A stretch of 64,000 nucleotides of DNA from an uncultured Pelagibacteraceae bacterium (GTDB lineage: Bacteria; Pseudomonadota; Alphaproteobacteria; Pelagibacterales; Pelagibacteraceae), in NCBI GenBank assembly GCA_902573295.1, contig CACGJB010000002.1, positions 8,433-72,432 on the forward strand, given 5' to 3'. Below, piece after piece: positions 39,549 through 49,052 of this stretch. Positions within the stretch are counted from its first letter, which is position 1. Every line of letters starts with the position of its first letter. Below the pieces are notes generated by a model that worked only from the letters and a program-made list of their open reading frames with translations, was not told where the DNA came from and did not search any database. The position numbers were made by a program, and so were the translations under genes.

Positions 39549-40832
39549 ATGAACTTCTCTGATCTCAATATCGAAAATAAACTAAAAAGATCAATCGAAC
39601 TAGCTGATTTTAAAGTTCCAACACCTATTCAAAGTCAATCAATACCAATTAGCTTGGAAGGAAAAGATGTTTTAGGAACTGCACAAACAGGAACTGGTAA
39701 AACTTTAGCGTTTACTATTCCAATGATTAATAAACTTCTTAAAAACAAACAAGCGATGGCTCTGATTATTTGCCCAACAAGAGAACTTGCAACACAAGTA
39801 ATGGAAACAGTTTTAAAGTTAAATATTAGAGAAATAGGGATTGGAAATGCTCTTTTGATTGGTGGCGAGAGTATGCAAAAACAACTTAGACAATTAAATA
39901 AAAGAGCAAGAATTATAGTTGGAACTCCAGGAAGAATTAATGACCACATAGAACGTAAAAGTTTAAATCTATCAAAAGTTAATTACCTAGTTCTTGATGA
40001 AACTGATCGAATGTTAGATATGGGTTTTACTCCACAAATAGAATTAATTTTAAAATTTGTACCAAAAGAACATCAAACATTATTATTTTCAGCTACTTTA
40101 CCTGAAAATATTTTAAAAATTTCACAAAAATATCTTAATAATCCTGAAAGAGTTTCAGTTGGATCTTTATCAACACCAATTGAAAAAATTAAACAAGAAA
40201 CTTTTCAAATTACGCCTGATAAAAAATATCATGAACTAATAAATCAGTTAGTTGAAAGAAGTGGTTCTATTTTAGTTTTTGTAAAGACTAAACATGGTGC
40301 TGATAAAATAGTTAAGCGATTAAAATATGATGGACATAAAGCTGATGCTATACATGGAAATCTAAGACAAAGTAAAAGAGATCGTGTAATTAGAGGTTTT
40401 AGAAATGGTAACAGTAGAATTTTAGTTGCGACTGATGTTGCAGCACGTGGATTAGATATACCGGTTATTAAACACGTTATAAATTACGATCTTCCTCAAG
40501 TACCTGAAGATTATATTCATCGAATAGGTAGAACTGGTAGAGCAGGAAAAGATGGTTCGGCTTTAACCTTTTTAACTAATAATGACAGAAATATGTGGAG
40601 ATCAATTCAAAAACTAATTGATCCAGATTTTAAAGTTAAAGAAGAAGCAAAACCAAATAACAAAAAAGGGAGAAAATTTAATAAAAAAAATAAATTTAAA
40701 AAGAAATTTTCAGATAAAAAATTTAATAAAAAGAAAAAATTTAAATCCTTTGAGAAGGAAGCTAATAAAAGAAAATTTAAAAATAGAAAAAGACCTAAAA
40801 ATTTTAAATTTAAAAAAAATAAACGTAAGTAA
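39549..40832 (+). CDS. DEAD-box RNA helicase
   Basis: AQTGTGKT, PTRELA, DETD, SAT, HRIGRTGR; basic C-terminal tail. Confidence 0.95.
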   Translation: MNFSDLNIENKLKRSIELADFKVPTPIQSQSIPISLEGKDVLGTAQTGTGKTLAFTIPMINKLLKNKQAMALIICPTRELATQVMETVLKLNIREIGIGNALLIGGESMQKQLRQLNKRARIIVGTPGRINDHIERKSLNLSKVNYLVLDETDRMLDMGFTPQIELILKFVPKEHQTLLFSATLPENILKISQKYLNNPERVSVGSLSTPIEKIKQETFQITPDKKYHELINQLVERSGSILVFVKTKHGADKIVKRLKYDGHKADAIHGNLRQSKRDRVIRGFRNGNSRILVATDVAARGLDIPVIKHVINYDLPQVPEDYIHRIGRTGRAGKDGSALTFLTNNDRNMWRSIQKLIDPDFKVKEEAKPNNKKGRKFNKKNKFKKKFSDKKFNKKKKFKSFEKEANKRKFKNRKRPKNFKFKKNKRK

Positions 40833-40834
40833 TT

Positions 40835-41455
40835 TTATACTTTTTGGATTAAAGAAGCGCTATTATTTGTAGGCTTATTTACATCTTTTGATACTTCATA
40901 AAAAATTAAATTAGGAATTTTACGTTCTTTTAAAAATGTAGAGCCTTGTAATTCTAAATTTAAATAACGATGAATATCAGTTTGATTAAGGATAACAGGT
41001 TGTCTGTGGTGAATTTCATTTATGTTATCTTTTGCACCTTCTGTAATCAAACAAAACTGATCATTTTCAAAGATACCAGCAAAAAAAATAGGATTTGTGT
41101 CCTCACGAGTAAAATAATGTGGTGTTTTTTCTTTCTCTTCCCTTTTCCATTCATAAAAACCATCTGCAACTGCAACACATCGGTTGTTTTTTATTAGTTT
41201 TTTAAATGAAACTTTTTCATCAATGGTCTCAAGTCTTGCATTAATTAACGCTTTAAAATCTTTATCTTTAGCCCAACCAGGGACTAAGCCCCATTGTAGA
41301 TTTTCTAAAGTATTTCCATTTTTATATTTTTTTATTACAGGAAGTTTTTGATAAGGATGAGCATTATAGTTTTCAGTATCTTCAACCTGAATTGCTGATT
41401 TCACTAATTTATTTGTTTTAGTTACAGGATTTTTTACTACGTATCTTCCACACAT
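40835..41455 (-). CDS. SOS response-associated peptidase (SRAP/YedK family)
   Basis: MCGRY, NARLET, FYEW, HHRQP. Confidence 0.93.
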   Translation of the reverse strand: MCGRYVVKNPVTKTNKLVKSAIQVEDTENYNAHPYQKLPVIKKYKNGNTLENLQWGLVPGWAKDKDFKALINARLETIDEKVSFKKLIKNNRCVAVADGFYEWKREEKEKTPHYFTREDTNPIFFAGIFENDQFCLITEGAKDNINEIHHRQPVILNQTDIHRYLNLELQGSTFLKERKIPNLIFYEVSKDVNKPTNNSASLIQKV

Positions 41456-42003
41456 TATATTGTTTGCTGTTTCATTAATTCTTCTATTTGCTTTATCATT
41501 ATTTTTGGTGATCTCATTGCAGGATAAATTTCTTGAGCTTGTTCATAGCTTCTTATTGCTTTTTCATAATTTTTAAGTTGAATATTTACTAAACCTTGTC
41601 CTGCTAAAGCTCCAAAGTGTCTTTGTTCTAAGGCTAGTACTTGATCTATATCATCTTGAGATTTTTGAAATTCTCCTAGCATATAAAGTACAGTTGCTCT
41701 TTTATTCCAAGCTTCAGCCCAATTTTGATCAATATTAATAACTTCAGTAAAAATATCTTTTGCTTTTATATAGTTTTGATCTCTCACAAATTGAGAGCCC
41801 TCTTCTAATCTTGCAGTAAGTTTTTCATCAGTAGGATGTGTGCTCCATAAAGCCCAAATTTCTTGCTCTATTATGAAAGCTACTTTCGATTTATTTGCTT
41901 TTAACTCTTTAAACAACTGGTTCAGTCTAGTATCTCTTTCATTTGATAAAGAGCTAACCTGTGAAAATAAATAAACCAAAATTACTAAGAACAACTTTTT
42001 CAT
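41455..42003 (-). CDS. TPR repeat protein
   Basis: AEAWNKRAT, RHFGALAGQG; signal peptide. Confidence 0.85.
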   Translation of the reverse strand: MKKLFLVILVYLFSQVSSLSNERDTRLNQLFKELKANKSKVAFIIEQEIWALWSTHPTDEKLTARLEEGSQFVRDQNYIKAKDIFTEVINIDQNWAEAWNKRATVLYMLGEFQKSQDDIDQVLALEQRHFGALAGQGLVNIQLKNYEKAIRSYEQAQEIYPAMRSPKIMIKQIEELMKQQTI

Positions 42004-42043
42004 ATTTAAATATTATCAAATATTAGAATTAGAGTCTTTGGTC

Positions 42044-42499
42044 TTAAGTGTCTTTGTTGTTATTTTTACAACTATAAAAAGAAATATCTTTTTCTTTTTT
42101 CTCTTGTTTTATATTGGTTGTGATTTCGTGAATAAGTTCGCCTGTTTTTCTAGTATAGACTGCAGACTCAGAATAATTCCTCTCTTTATCGAATGCTTGA
42201 ATTAAGAATATATCCTTATTCGAAATTTTAACCTCTAAATCAATTTTATTAAAAAATTCTGATAAATTTTTAACATTTAGAACATCTGGTGTTTTAGACT
42301 CGATTATTAACTTATTAATATCTTTTCTTTTAATTTGATCTTTTGTGAAAGATTCAAAGTTATGGTCAGGATTTTTTAAAATTACTTTTTCAAATTTACA
42401 ATTTAAGTTTAAATCAGAATTTAGAGTAATGTTTGTATTTTGAGCTTGAGCAAAACTAAGGCAACATAATAAGCTAAATATTGATAGAAAGATTTTCAT
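42044..42499 (-). CDS. Hypothetical exported protein
   Basis: Signal peptide, 151 aa. Confidence 0.65.
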   Translation of the reverse strand: MKIFLSIFSLLCCLSFAQAQNTNITLNSDLNLNCKFEKVILKNPDHNFESFTKDQIKRKDINKLIIESKTPDVLNVKNLSEFFNKIDLEVKISNKDIFLIQAFDKERNYSESAVYTRKTGELIHEITTNIKQEKKEKDISFYSCKNNNKDT

Positions 42500-43111
42500 T
42501 TAATTAATTATATTAATAATACTTTTTTTTATTGTTTCACTTATTTTAATTGTTCCATCTTTATTGGGATGTATGCCGTCTTGTTGATTCAAACTTGGAT
42601 TAAGTGCCACACCTTCAAGAAGAAATGGGATTAATGTTAAATTATACTTTTTTGATAACTTTGGATAAATACCATCAAACTTTGTTTTATATTTTTCTCC
42701 ATGAGTATCTGGTGCCACCATTCCAGCTAAAATAATTTTAATTTTTTTATTCTGAGCAACTTTAATTATTTGTTCTAAGTTTCTTTCCGTTTCCACTGGT
42801 TGGATTCCTCTGAGCATATCATTAGCACCTAATCCTAAAATAATTAAATCTATTCCTGGTTCGGATAAACTCCAATCAGCTCTATTCAACCCACCTGATG
42901 ACGTGCTACCAGAAACACTTCCATTAATGACTTTAATATTTAACCCAGCTTGCTTAAGATTATTTTCTAAAACTATAGATAAATGATGTTCTTTAGGTAA
43001 TCCATATCCAGCCATCAAACTATCACCAAATAAAACTACCTTTTCTATTGCACTTGCGTTTATGTGCACTAGAAAGATTATCAAAATTTTAATAAATATA
43101 GTTTTATTCAT
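42500..43111 (-). CDS. tesA: Arylesterase/acyl-CoA thioesterase I (SGNH)
   Basis: GDSLMAGYG, GANDMLRG, DGIHPN. Confidence 0.9.
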   Translation of the reverse strand: MNKTIFIKILIIFLVHINASAIEKVVLFGDSLMAGYGLPKEHHLSIVLENNLKQAGLNIKVINGSVSGSTSSGGLNRADWSLSEPGIDLIILGLGANDMLRGIQPVETERNLEQIIKVAQNKKIKIILAGMVAPDTHGEKYKTKFDGIYPKLSKKYNLTLIPFLLEGVALNPSLNQQDGIHPNKDGTIKISETIKKSIINIIN

Positions 43112-43775
43112 GAGTACTCTTCTTAAATTAAAAAAAATAAATCTCAAATACCAAACTGGTAAAGATAGTATCAGTGTTTTAAAGAATATTGATTTAAATA
43201 TTAAGAAAAAAGAAACAGTTTCAGTAGTTGGAGAAAGTGGCTCAGGGAAAACAAGTTTAATAATGTTAATTGGGGGCTTAGAAAAACCAACATCTGGTAA
43301 AATAATTTTTAATGATCAAGAAATAACAGGCCTTAGTGAAGACGAAGTATCTGAGGTAAGAAAGAAAAATATTGGAATAATTTTTCAGTCGTTTTATTTA
43401 ATTCCTAATTACACAGCAGTAGAAAATGTTGCTTTAACGCTTGAACTAAATAATTTTAAAAATCCAGAAAAAGAAGCAAAAATATTATTAGATCGATTTG
43501 GTTTGAAACATCGTTTAAATAATCTACCAAGTCAATTATCTGGTGGTGAACAACAAAGGGTTGCTATTGCTAGAGCAATTGCGATGAAACCTGAATTAAT
43601 CTTAGCAGATGAACCAACAGGAAACTTAGATACTGAAAATTCTATTATGATTGCAAATATTTTGTTTAAGTATGTCAAAGAAGAGGGTTCTTCTTTAATT
43701 ATGGTAACCCATGATCCTAAGCTTGCAGATAAAGCTAAAAAAAAAATAAAAATTAAAGATGGAAAAATTAAATAA
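43110..43775 (+). CDS. ABC transporter ATP-binding protein (YbbA-like)
   Basis: GESGSGKT, LSGGEQQR, DEPTGNLD. Confidence 0.92.
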   Translation: MSTLLKLKKINLKYQTGKDSISVLKNIDLNIKKKETVSVVGESGSGKTSLIMLIGGLEKPTSGKIIFNDQEITGLSEDEVSEVRKKNIGIIFQSFYLIPNYTAVENVALTLELNNFKNPEKEAKILLDRFGLKHRLNNLPSQLSGGEQQRVAIARAIAMKPELILADEPTGNLDTENSIMIANILFKYVKEEGSSLIMVTHDPKLADKAKKKIKIKDGKIK

Positions 43776-46293
43776 TCCTTCAGAATTTAGTTTAATTTTC
43801 AAATACGCTTTAAAAGACTTAAGCAGAAATTATCATAAAATTTCTAGTATCATTGTTACGCTCTTTATAAGTCTTTTTATTTTAAGTGCTATTTTCACAA
43901 TTGAGGATAGTCTTAAAAAAGAACTTAATGATAATGCCAAATCACTTTTAGGTGGAGATTTGGAAATTGATTACAATCGTAATCAGGGGAATTTAGATCT
44001 AGTTAATCAAGTAAAAGAGTTTGCAACTGTTTCTCAAATGATTGAGTTCAGTACTATGCTTTCAACTACCGGCAGAGAAAAAAATAAATCATTATTTACA
44101 AGAATTAAAACTGTGGATGAAAAATATCCTTTATATGGAAATGTTGTTTATGAGCCAATTGGTGCTTATGAAAGAATGCAAAAAGAGCCTAACACTATCC
44201 TGATCAATGAAAGTTTATCAAAAACCCTAAATATTAAAATTAATGAAGTGGTAAAAGTCCAAGATCAAAATTTTACAGTAATTGGAATTATTAAATCAGT
44301 ACCTGATGTAAGTGGATTTGTTGCATTTGGTGATTGGGCTTTAGCAGGAAAACAAACTTTAGAAATTTTAAAGCTTAATGGCATTGGAAGCTTTTTAAAC
44401 TATGAATACAAAGTTAGATTTAATGAAAATGATAAACCAGAGGAAATTGAAAAACAAATTGAAGAAATATTTAAAGACGATCAAAAAGTAAAACTTAGAT
44501 ATCCTGAGAATTCTGCAAGTGGAATAAAAAGAATTATTAATAATTTTTCTCAATTTTTATCTCTTGTATCTATCAGTGCAATGTTGATAGCAGGTATTGG
44601 GATAGCAAATACTTTGCTTTCTTTTATAAATCAAAACAATATGTCGATAGCTGTACGAAAAGCAGTTGGCTTTTATTCAGGCAATATTAAAACACTATAT
44701 TACCTGCAATTGTTTATACTTTTATTTATCATCACTGTTGTTGCTTATGGATCGAGTTTCTTAATTGTACCAATAGCAGATAAATATTTATCTGATGGAT
44801 TGGGATTGAATGTTTATCCAGTATTTTCATTACTTAATTTTTTTAAAATATTTTTAGTAGGATTATTGGTGCTGATAATTTTTTCTATTCCAACAATCAG
44901 TTCTATTGATCAAGTTAAAGCCTCTAATTTATTTAGAAACGTATTCCAAAACCTTCAATTTTTTTATTCTAAGAAATCAGTTGTTCTAAGCTTTGTTTTA
45001 TTATCTATCTTAATTTTGTTATTCACGATTGGATCTGAGCAACCTTCTTATAGCTTGGGTTACTTTGCTGCTTTTTTTGTTTGTTTAATTGTATTTTTCT
45101 TACTTTCAAAATTAATCATTTTTTTCCTAAAAAAATTCAAATCTAGTCCAATAATTTCTTTAAAAGTTTCAATTAAAAATATTACCCAAACAAAAAGTAT
45201 AACTCCTATTACAGTTATGTCTCTTGGTTTAGGGGTTACTTTATTATTAACATTAGCTTTAGTTGGTACAAATTTTCAAAGAGAAATTGCGAAATCAATT
45301 CCTGATATTGCACCTGATTATTTCTTTGTAGGTATTCAAAAAGGTGAAAAAGAGAAATTTGAACAAGGTATTTTAAATATGGATCCAAATGCATCCATTG
45401 AAATAGTGCCAATGGTATCCTCTGGAATTGTTAAAATTAATGGTATCGATCCTAACACTTATATTAAACCAGATAATGATAGTTACTGGGTAATTGGTAG
45501 CGAACGAAGATCTTCTTGGGTGGAAAATATACCTGAAGATAATCCAATTTTAGAGGGTAAATGGTGGGATTTATCAAACCCAAATCAACTTCAAATATCT
45601 CTAGATGCAAAAGTTGCTAGAGATTTTAATATTCAGTTAGGTGATATTTTCACTCTAAATGTTTATGGAAGAGAAATTGAAGGAGAGGTCATTAATTTTA
45701 GAGAAGTAGATTATCGAGATTTGAGCATCAACTTTGCAATGTTATTTAATCCTCAATTTGCAAGAAATATTCCACACGAATATTTGGCTACTGCAAAATT
45801 TGATACAAATAAATTTGATGAAACTGAGATGCTTGAAATCATGCCAAGTTTATCAATGATAAAAATTGCAGATTATTTATCTAAAGTTACAGCTGTTTTG
45901 AATAAAGTATTTATTGCAGTTACTTTAATTTCTGCGGTTACTATTGTTATAGGTTTAATCGTAATTTCAAGCGCAATTATGGTTCAAGGAAAAGTTAAAG
46001 AGTATCAAAATTTAGTCTTTAAAATTTTAGGTTTTTCAAAAAAACAAATCGTTTTTTCATCGCTAATTGAGTTCATCATTATTTTTAAATCTGTAATTTT
46101 AATTGCAATATTTTTTGCAGTGATTGGTTCAAAATTTATTATGGAAAATATTTTTGAGCTAGTGTGGATGTTTGACTTTAAAGTTTTAATTTATTTAGGA
46201 TTTTCAATTGGCTTTGTTACTTTAATTTTAATATTGCTAACAAACTTAAAATATCTAAATCCTAAAGTTTACCCTCTTATAAGAAATCAATAA
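43759..46293 (+). CDS. ABC transporter permease (YbbP/FtsX-like)
   Basis: LLGGDL, YPLYG, duplicated FtsX domains. Confidence 0.88.
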   Translation: MEKLNNPSEFSLIFKYALKDLSRNYHKISSIIVTLFISLFILSAIFTIEDSLKKELNDNAKSLLGGDLEIDYNRNQGNLDLVNQVKEFATVSQMIEFSTMLSTTGREKNKSLFTRIKTVDEKYPLYGNVVYEPIGAYERMQKEPNTILINESLSKTLNIKINEVVKVQDQNFTVIGIIKSVPDVSGFVAFGDWALAGKQTLEILKLNGIGSFLNYEYKVRFNENDKPEEIEKQIEEIFKDDQKVKLRYPENSASGIKRIINNFSQFLSLVSISAMLIAGIGIANTLLSFINQNNMSIAVRKAVGFYSGNIKTLYYLQLFILLFIITVVAYGSSFLIVPIADKYLSDGLGLNVYPVFSLLNFFKIFLVGLLVLIIFSIPTISSIDQVKASNLFRNVFQNLQFFYSKKSVVLSFVLLSILILLFTIGSEQPSYSLGYFAAFFVCLIVFFLLSKLIIFFLKKFKSSPIISLKVSIKNITQTKSITPITVMSLGLGVTLLLTLALVGTNFQREIAKSIPDIAPDYFFVGIQKGEKEKFEQGILNMDPNASIEIVPMVSSGIVKINGIDPNTYIKPDNDSYWVIGSERRSSWVENIPEDNPILEGKWWDLSNPNQLQISLDAKVARDFNIQLGDIFTLNVYGREIEGEVINFREVDYRDLSINFAMLFNPQFARNIPHEYLATAKFDTNKFDETEMLEIMPSLSMIKIADYLSKVTAVLNKVFIAVTLISAVTIVIGLIVISSAIMVQGKVKEYQNLVFKILGFSKKQIVFSSLIEFIIIFKSVILIAIFFAVIGSKFIMENIFELVWMFDFKVLIYLGFSIGFVTLILILLTNLKYLNPKVYPLIRNQ

Positions 46294-46710
46294 TTAGAAT
46301 TTAGTAATTTTACTATCCAAAGAAATTAAATTTAATTCTACTTTCAATTTTGGAAATCTTTTTTTTATTTGTTTTTTAATTTTTGAGAACGACTCTTTAT
46401 GAATTTTTTTTTCATTTACTGGGCTAAATTCCTTTTTTCCATTTGCAATTTTGGCAGCGCCACAATCTTTATGATTAATAACAATTAATTTTTGTATTTT
46501 ATGCAATTGAATAGAAGTTCCTAAATTATCATAAAACGTTTTATGCCATTTTTTGAATTTATTATGTGTTACACCAACAGCTGCACCTGCAATTGTGAAT
46601 GCACTATATTTTCCTGTTAATTTTTTTTTCTTTAAATGATTATGAACTAAATGTTGAAATCTTGGATCCATACAAGATAACACCATCGCTTTAAATTTTG
46701 ATTTCATCAA
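46294..46710 (-). CDS. Beta-carbonic anhydrase-like protein
   Basis: CMDPR and HKDCG zinc ligands. Confidence 0.8.
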   Translation of the reverse strand: MMKSKFKAMVLSCMDPRFQHLVHNHLKKKKLTGKYSAFTIAGAAVGVTHNKFKKWHKTFYDNLGTSIQLHKIQKLIVINHKDCGAAKIANGKKEFSPVNEKKIHKESFSKIKKQIKKRFPKLKVELNLISLDSKITKF

Positions 46711-47273
46711 TTTAATTCAACTTTAAACATAGCCTCGTTTCTTCTGTTCATTGGAAGGGTAAATGGGCTATCATAGGTTGCTCTAATGGGTGGGCTTTTA
46801 ATTGATATATTATTTTTTTGTAACTCTTTTTCTAAAATTTCTTTATGCTTAAGAAAGTTTCCATCTGATGCTCGTCCAGAATATCTCAGCACCGCGTAGT
46901 ATCCTCCTTCAATATTAACTATTTTAACATCTTCTCTGCTTGGATTTGGTACATTTTCTAAGTTAAATTTCGAGGGCAAATAAAATTGCATGCTCATATT
47001 TCCATTTTTCTCAACCTGAGTAACTGGGGTTGTCATTTTAATTTTCTTTTGAGTATCGTTTCTACCTGAAATGTAATTAAATAATTTTCTAAAATTACTA
47101 TCTATTCCAGATGTCATTGTTTCCACTGCTAAACGATCAGAGTATTTTCTAATCTCATATACTTCGTTTTTAGTGATAACTTCATAATTTGCTTCTTCGT
47201 AAGCCACAACTGTAGAATAAGGTAAAATAAATAAAGTACAAAAAACTATAAAATAAAATTTAATAATTTTCAT
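46707..47273 (-). CDS. SOUL family heme-binding protein
   Basis: YEIRKY, FRKLFNYISG, MTTPV, RRNE. Confidence 0.9.
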   Translation of the reverse strand: MKIIKFYFIVFCTLFILPYSTVVAYEEANYEVITKNEVYEIRKYSDRLAVETMTSGIDSNFRKLFNYISGRNDTQKKIKMTTPVTQVEKNGNMSMQFYLPSKFNLENVPNPSREDVKIVNIEGGYYAVLRYSGRASDGNFLKHKEILEKELQKNNISIKSPPIRATYDSPFTLPMNRRNEAMFKVELN

Positions 47274-47275
47274 TG

Positions 47276-47827
47276 TTACATGACTTTATATTCAAAATTT
47301 TGTGTAGTTTCATTAATTTGAATTAATTTAGCACCATTTCTTTCATGAAAATTAGTTGCCATTTCTGTTAGTGGCGAAAGAGTTACTAATCTATTTAAAT
47401 GATTAGATTTTTTGATTTTTTTGAATACTTCTTTCACTATTAATTTGCCTCCACCCTTTTTTTTAGACCATACGGTGTAAGCGATAGCTATTTGACCACC
47501 AGCCTGGTCACGCATAGCAGTTTGAAGAAATGCATCAGTACTAAGTTTTTCTAGTTCCTCAACACTTTTTGGAATTTCATTTGTGTAAGCAAAACACATA
47601 ACAGCATGAATTTCTCCTTTATATTCAACTCCAAAAATTTTTCTTCCGTATCCCGTTCTAAACTTATTATCCAACTCTGGTCTTATAGGATCTTCATCTG
47701 TATTACATTCTTTAAGCTCAACAAGTTTTGCACCTTTAACCCAACCAAAAAAATTGTCGATATTTTTACTTAAGACTTGTCTATTTTTTCTTAACCTAGC
47801 TTTAATTCTTGGATTAAAGTTTTTCAT
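47276..47827 (-). CDS. Hypothetical protein, probable GNAT/malonyl-CoA decarboxylase-like fold
   Basis: AIAYTVWS..KGGG, RLVTLSP, FHERNGA. Confidence 0.55.
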   Translation of the reverse strand: MKNFNPRIKARLRKNRQVLSKNIDNFFGWVKGAKLVELKECNTDEDPIRPELDNKFRTGYGRKIFGVEYKGEIHAVMCFAYTNEIPKSVEELEKLSTDAFLQTAMRDQAGGQIAIAYTVWSKKKGGGKLIVKEVFKKIKKSNHLNRLVTLSPLTEMATNFHERNGAKLIQINETTQNFEYKVM

Positions 47828-47873
47828 GATTTCAATTTAAACATTTATTTAAAATTTAGTATGTGTAAAAAAA

Positions 47874-48620
47874 TCATATTAGATAATCGTATAAAAGCTT
47901 TGTGCTTGTAACAAAAATTAATGCATATATAAAATTATAAAATAATTTTTCTTCAATAATTTTAAGTAATTTATATCCAGTCAATATTCCTAATAACGCA
48001 ACTGGAAATAAGATTGCTGAATGTTTAAAAGATTCTAAATTTGTCATAGACAAATTAATATACAAAGGAAGTTTAATTAAATTTATAAAAGTAAAAAAAA
48101 ATATTCTTGTCCCTACATAGATTTCTTTTTTCATTCTAAGTGGAAGTAAGTATAGACTTACTGGGGTTCCTCCAGCGTGAACACAAAAACTTGTAAAACC
48201 TGCAACTACCGAACATGCTCCACCTTTTAAAAAATTTTTTTCTGATTTTTGTTCCTTATCTTTTTTAAAAAAGAAATAATGACCTGCAAACAAGAAACCC
48301 ATTACTCCAATTATAAATTTTAATAAATCTTCTGAAAAATATGAAAAGGTTAAAGATCCAATTATTATACCGATAGCTGCAAATGGAACCATTAATTTCA
48401 AAGTTCCTAAATCAAATTCTTTTCTATATTTATAAACTGCAATGAAATCTGAAAATATTAAAATTGGTAAAATAATTCCTAAAGCTTGATTTAATGGCAT
48501 CACTATTGTCATTAAGGGAACTGAAATTAAAGTCATGGATCCACCAAGTCCTGATTTTGCAATCCCGTATAAAATTATGGCTGGAACAACTGTAAAAAAA
48601 AATAATAAGTTTATTTCCAT
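47874..48620 (-). CDS. TauE/SafE family exporter
   Basis: GIAKSGLGG, HAGGTP, multi-TM. Confidence 0.85.
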   Translation of the reverse strand: MEINLLFFFTVVPAIILYGIAKSGLGGSMTLISVPLMTIVMPLNQALGIILPILIFSDFIAVYKYRKEFDLGTLKLMVPFAAIGIIIGSLTFSYFSEDLLKFIIGVMGFLFAGHYFFFKKDKEQKSEKNFLKGGACSVVAGFTSFCVHAGGTPVSLYLLPLRMKKEIYVGTRIFFFTFINLIKLPLYINLSMTNLESFKHSAILFPVALLGILTGYKLLKIIEEKLFYNFIYALIFVTSTKLLYDYLI

Positions 48621-48880
48621 TTATTTAATGATTTTAATAATTTCGATCCTAAAGGGCTAATTGGTTCCTGAAGTATTATGTCTTTTCCAGTTTTTTGTTT
48701 TACTAATTGTAATAGTTTAGTTGCCAACCCTTGTTTTCTAAAAATTGGATTAACAAAAATGTACTCTACTTCACCTTTTTCATTAAATCTAACAAAGCCT
48801 ATTGTTGTATTTACATTTTTAAAAGTAAAAACTCCCTCTGTTTCCTCAATTTTAAAATTTGAAACTTCCAGAATGTTCAT
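48611..48880 (-). CDS. Minimal GNAT N-acetyltransferase
   Basis: IFVNPIFRKQGLA acetyl-CoA motif. Confidence 0.8.
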   Translation of the reverse strand: MNILEVSNFKIEETEGVFTFKNVNTTIGFVRFNEKGEVEYIFVNPIFRKQGLATKLLQLVKQKTGKDIILQEPISPLGSKLLKSLNKWK

Positions 48881-48885
48881 AAATT

Positions 48886-49050
48886 CTAGTAATTTAGGAG
48901 TAAAAGAATAACTGCTATTGCAGCAATAATAGAGATAACGACAATATAATTAAGCTTAATATTGAATTTTTTTTCTACTAACTCAGTAATTTTTTCCCAA
49001 AACAATACTATTAAAAAAATAACTATAGCTGGCAGTATATATTTAATCAT
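48886..49050 (-). CDS. Small two-TM hypothetical protein (54 aa)
   Basis: Read manually: MIKYILPAIVIFLIVLFWEKITELVEKKFNIKLNYIVVISIIAAIAVILLLLNY; fills the gap in the operon. Confidence 0.65.
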   Translation of the reverse strand: MIKYILPAIVIFLIVLFWEKITELVEKKFNIKLNYIVVISIIAAIAVILLLLNY

Positions 49051-49052
49051 AA

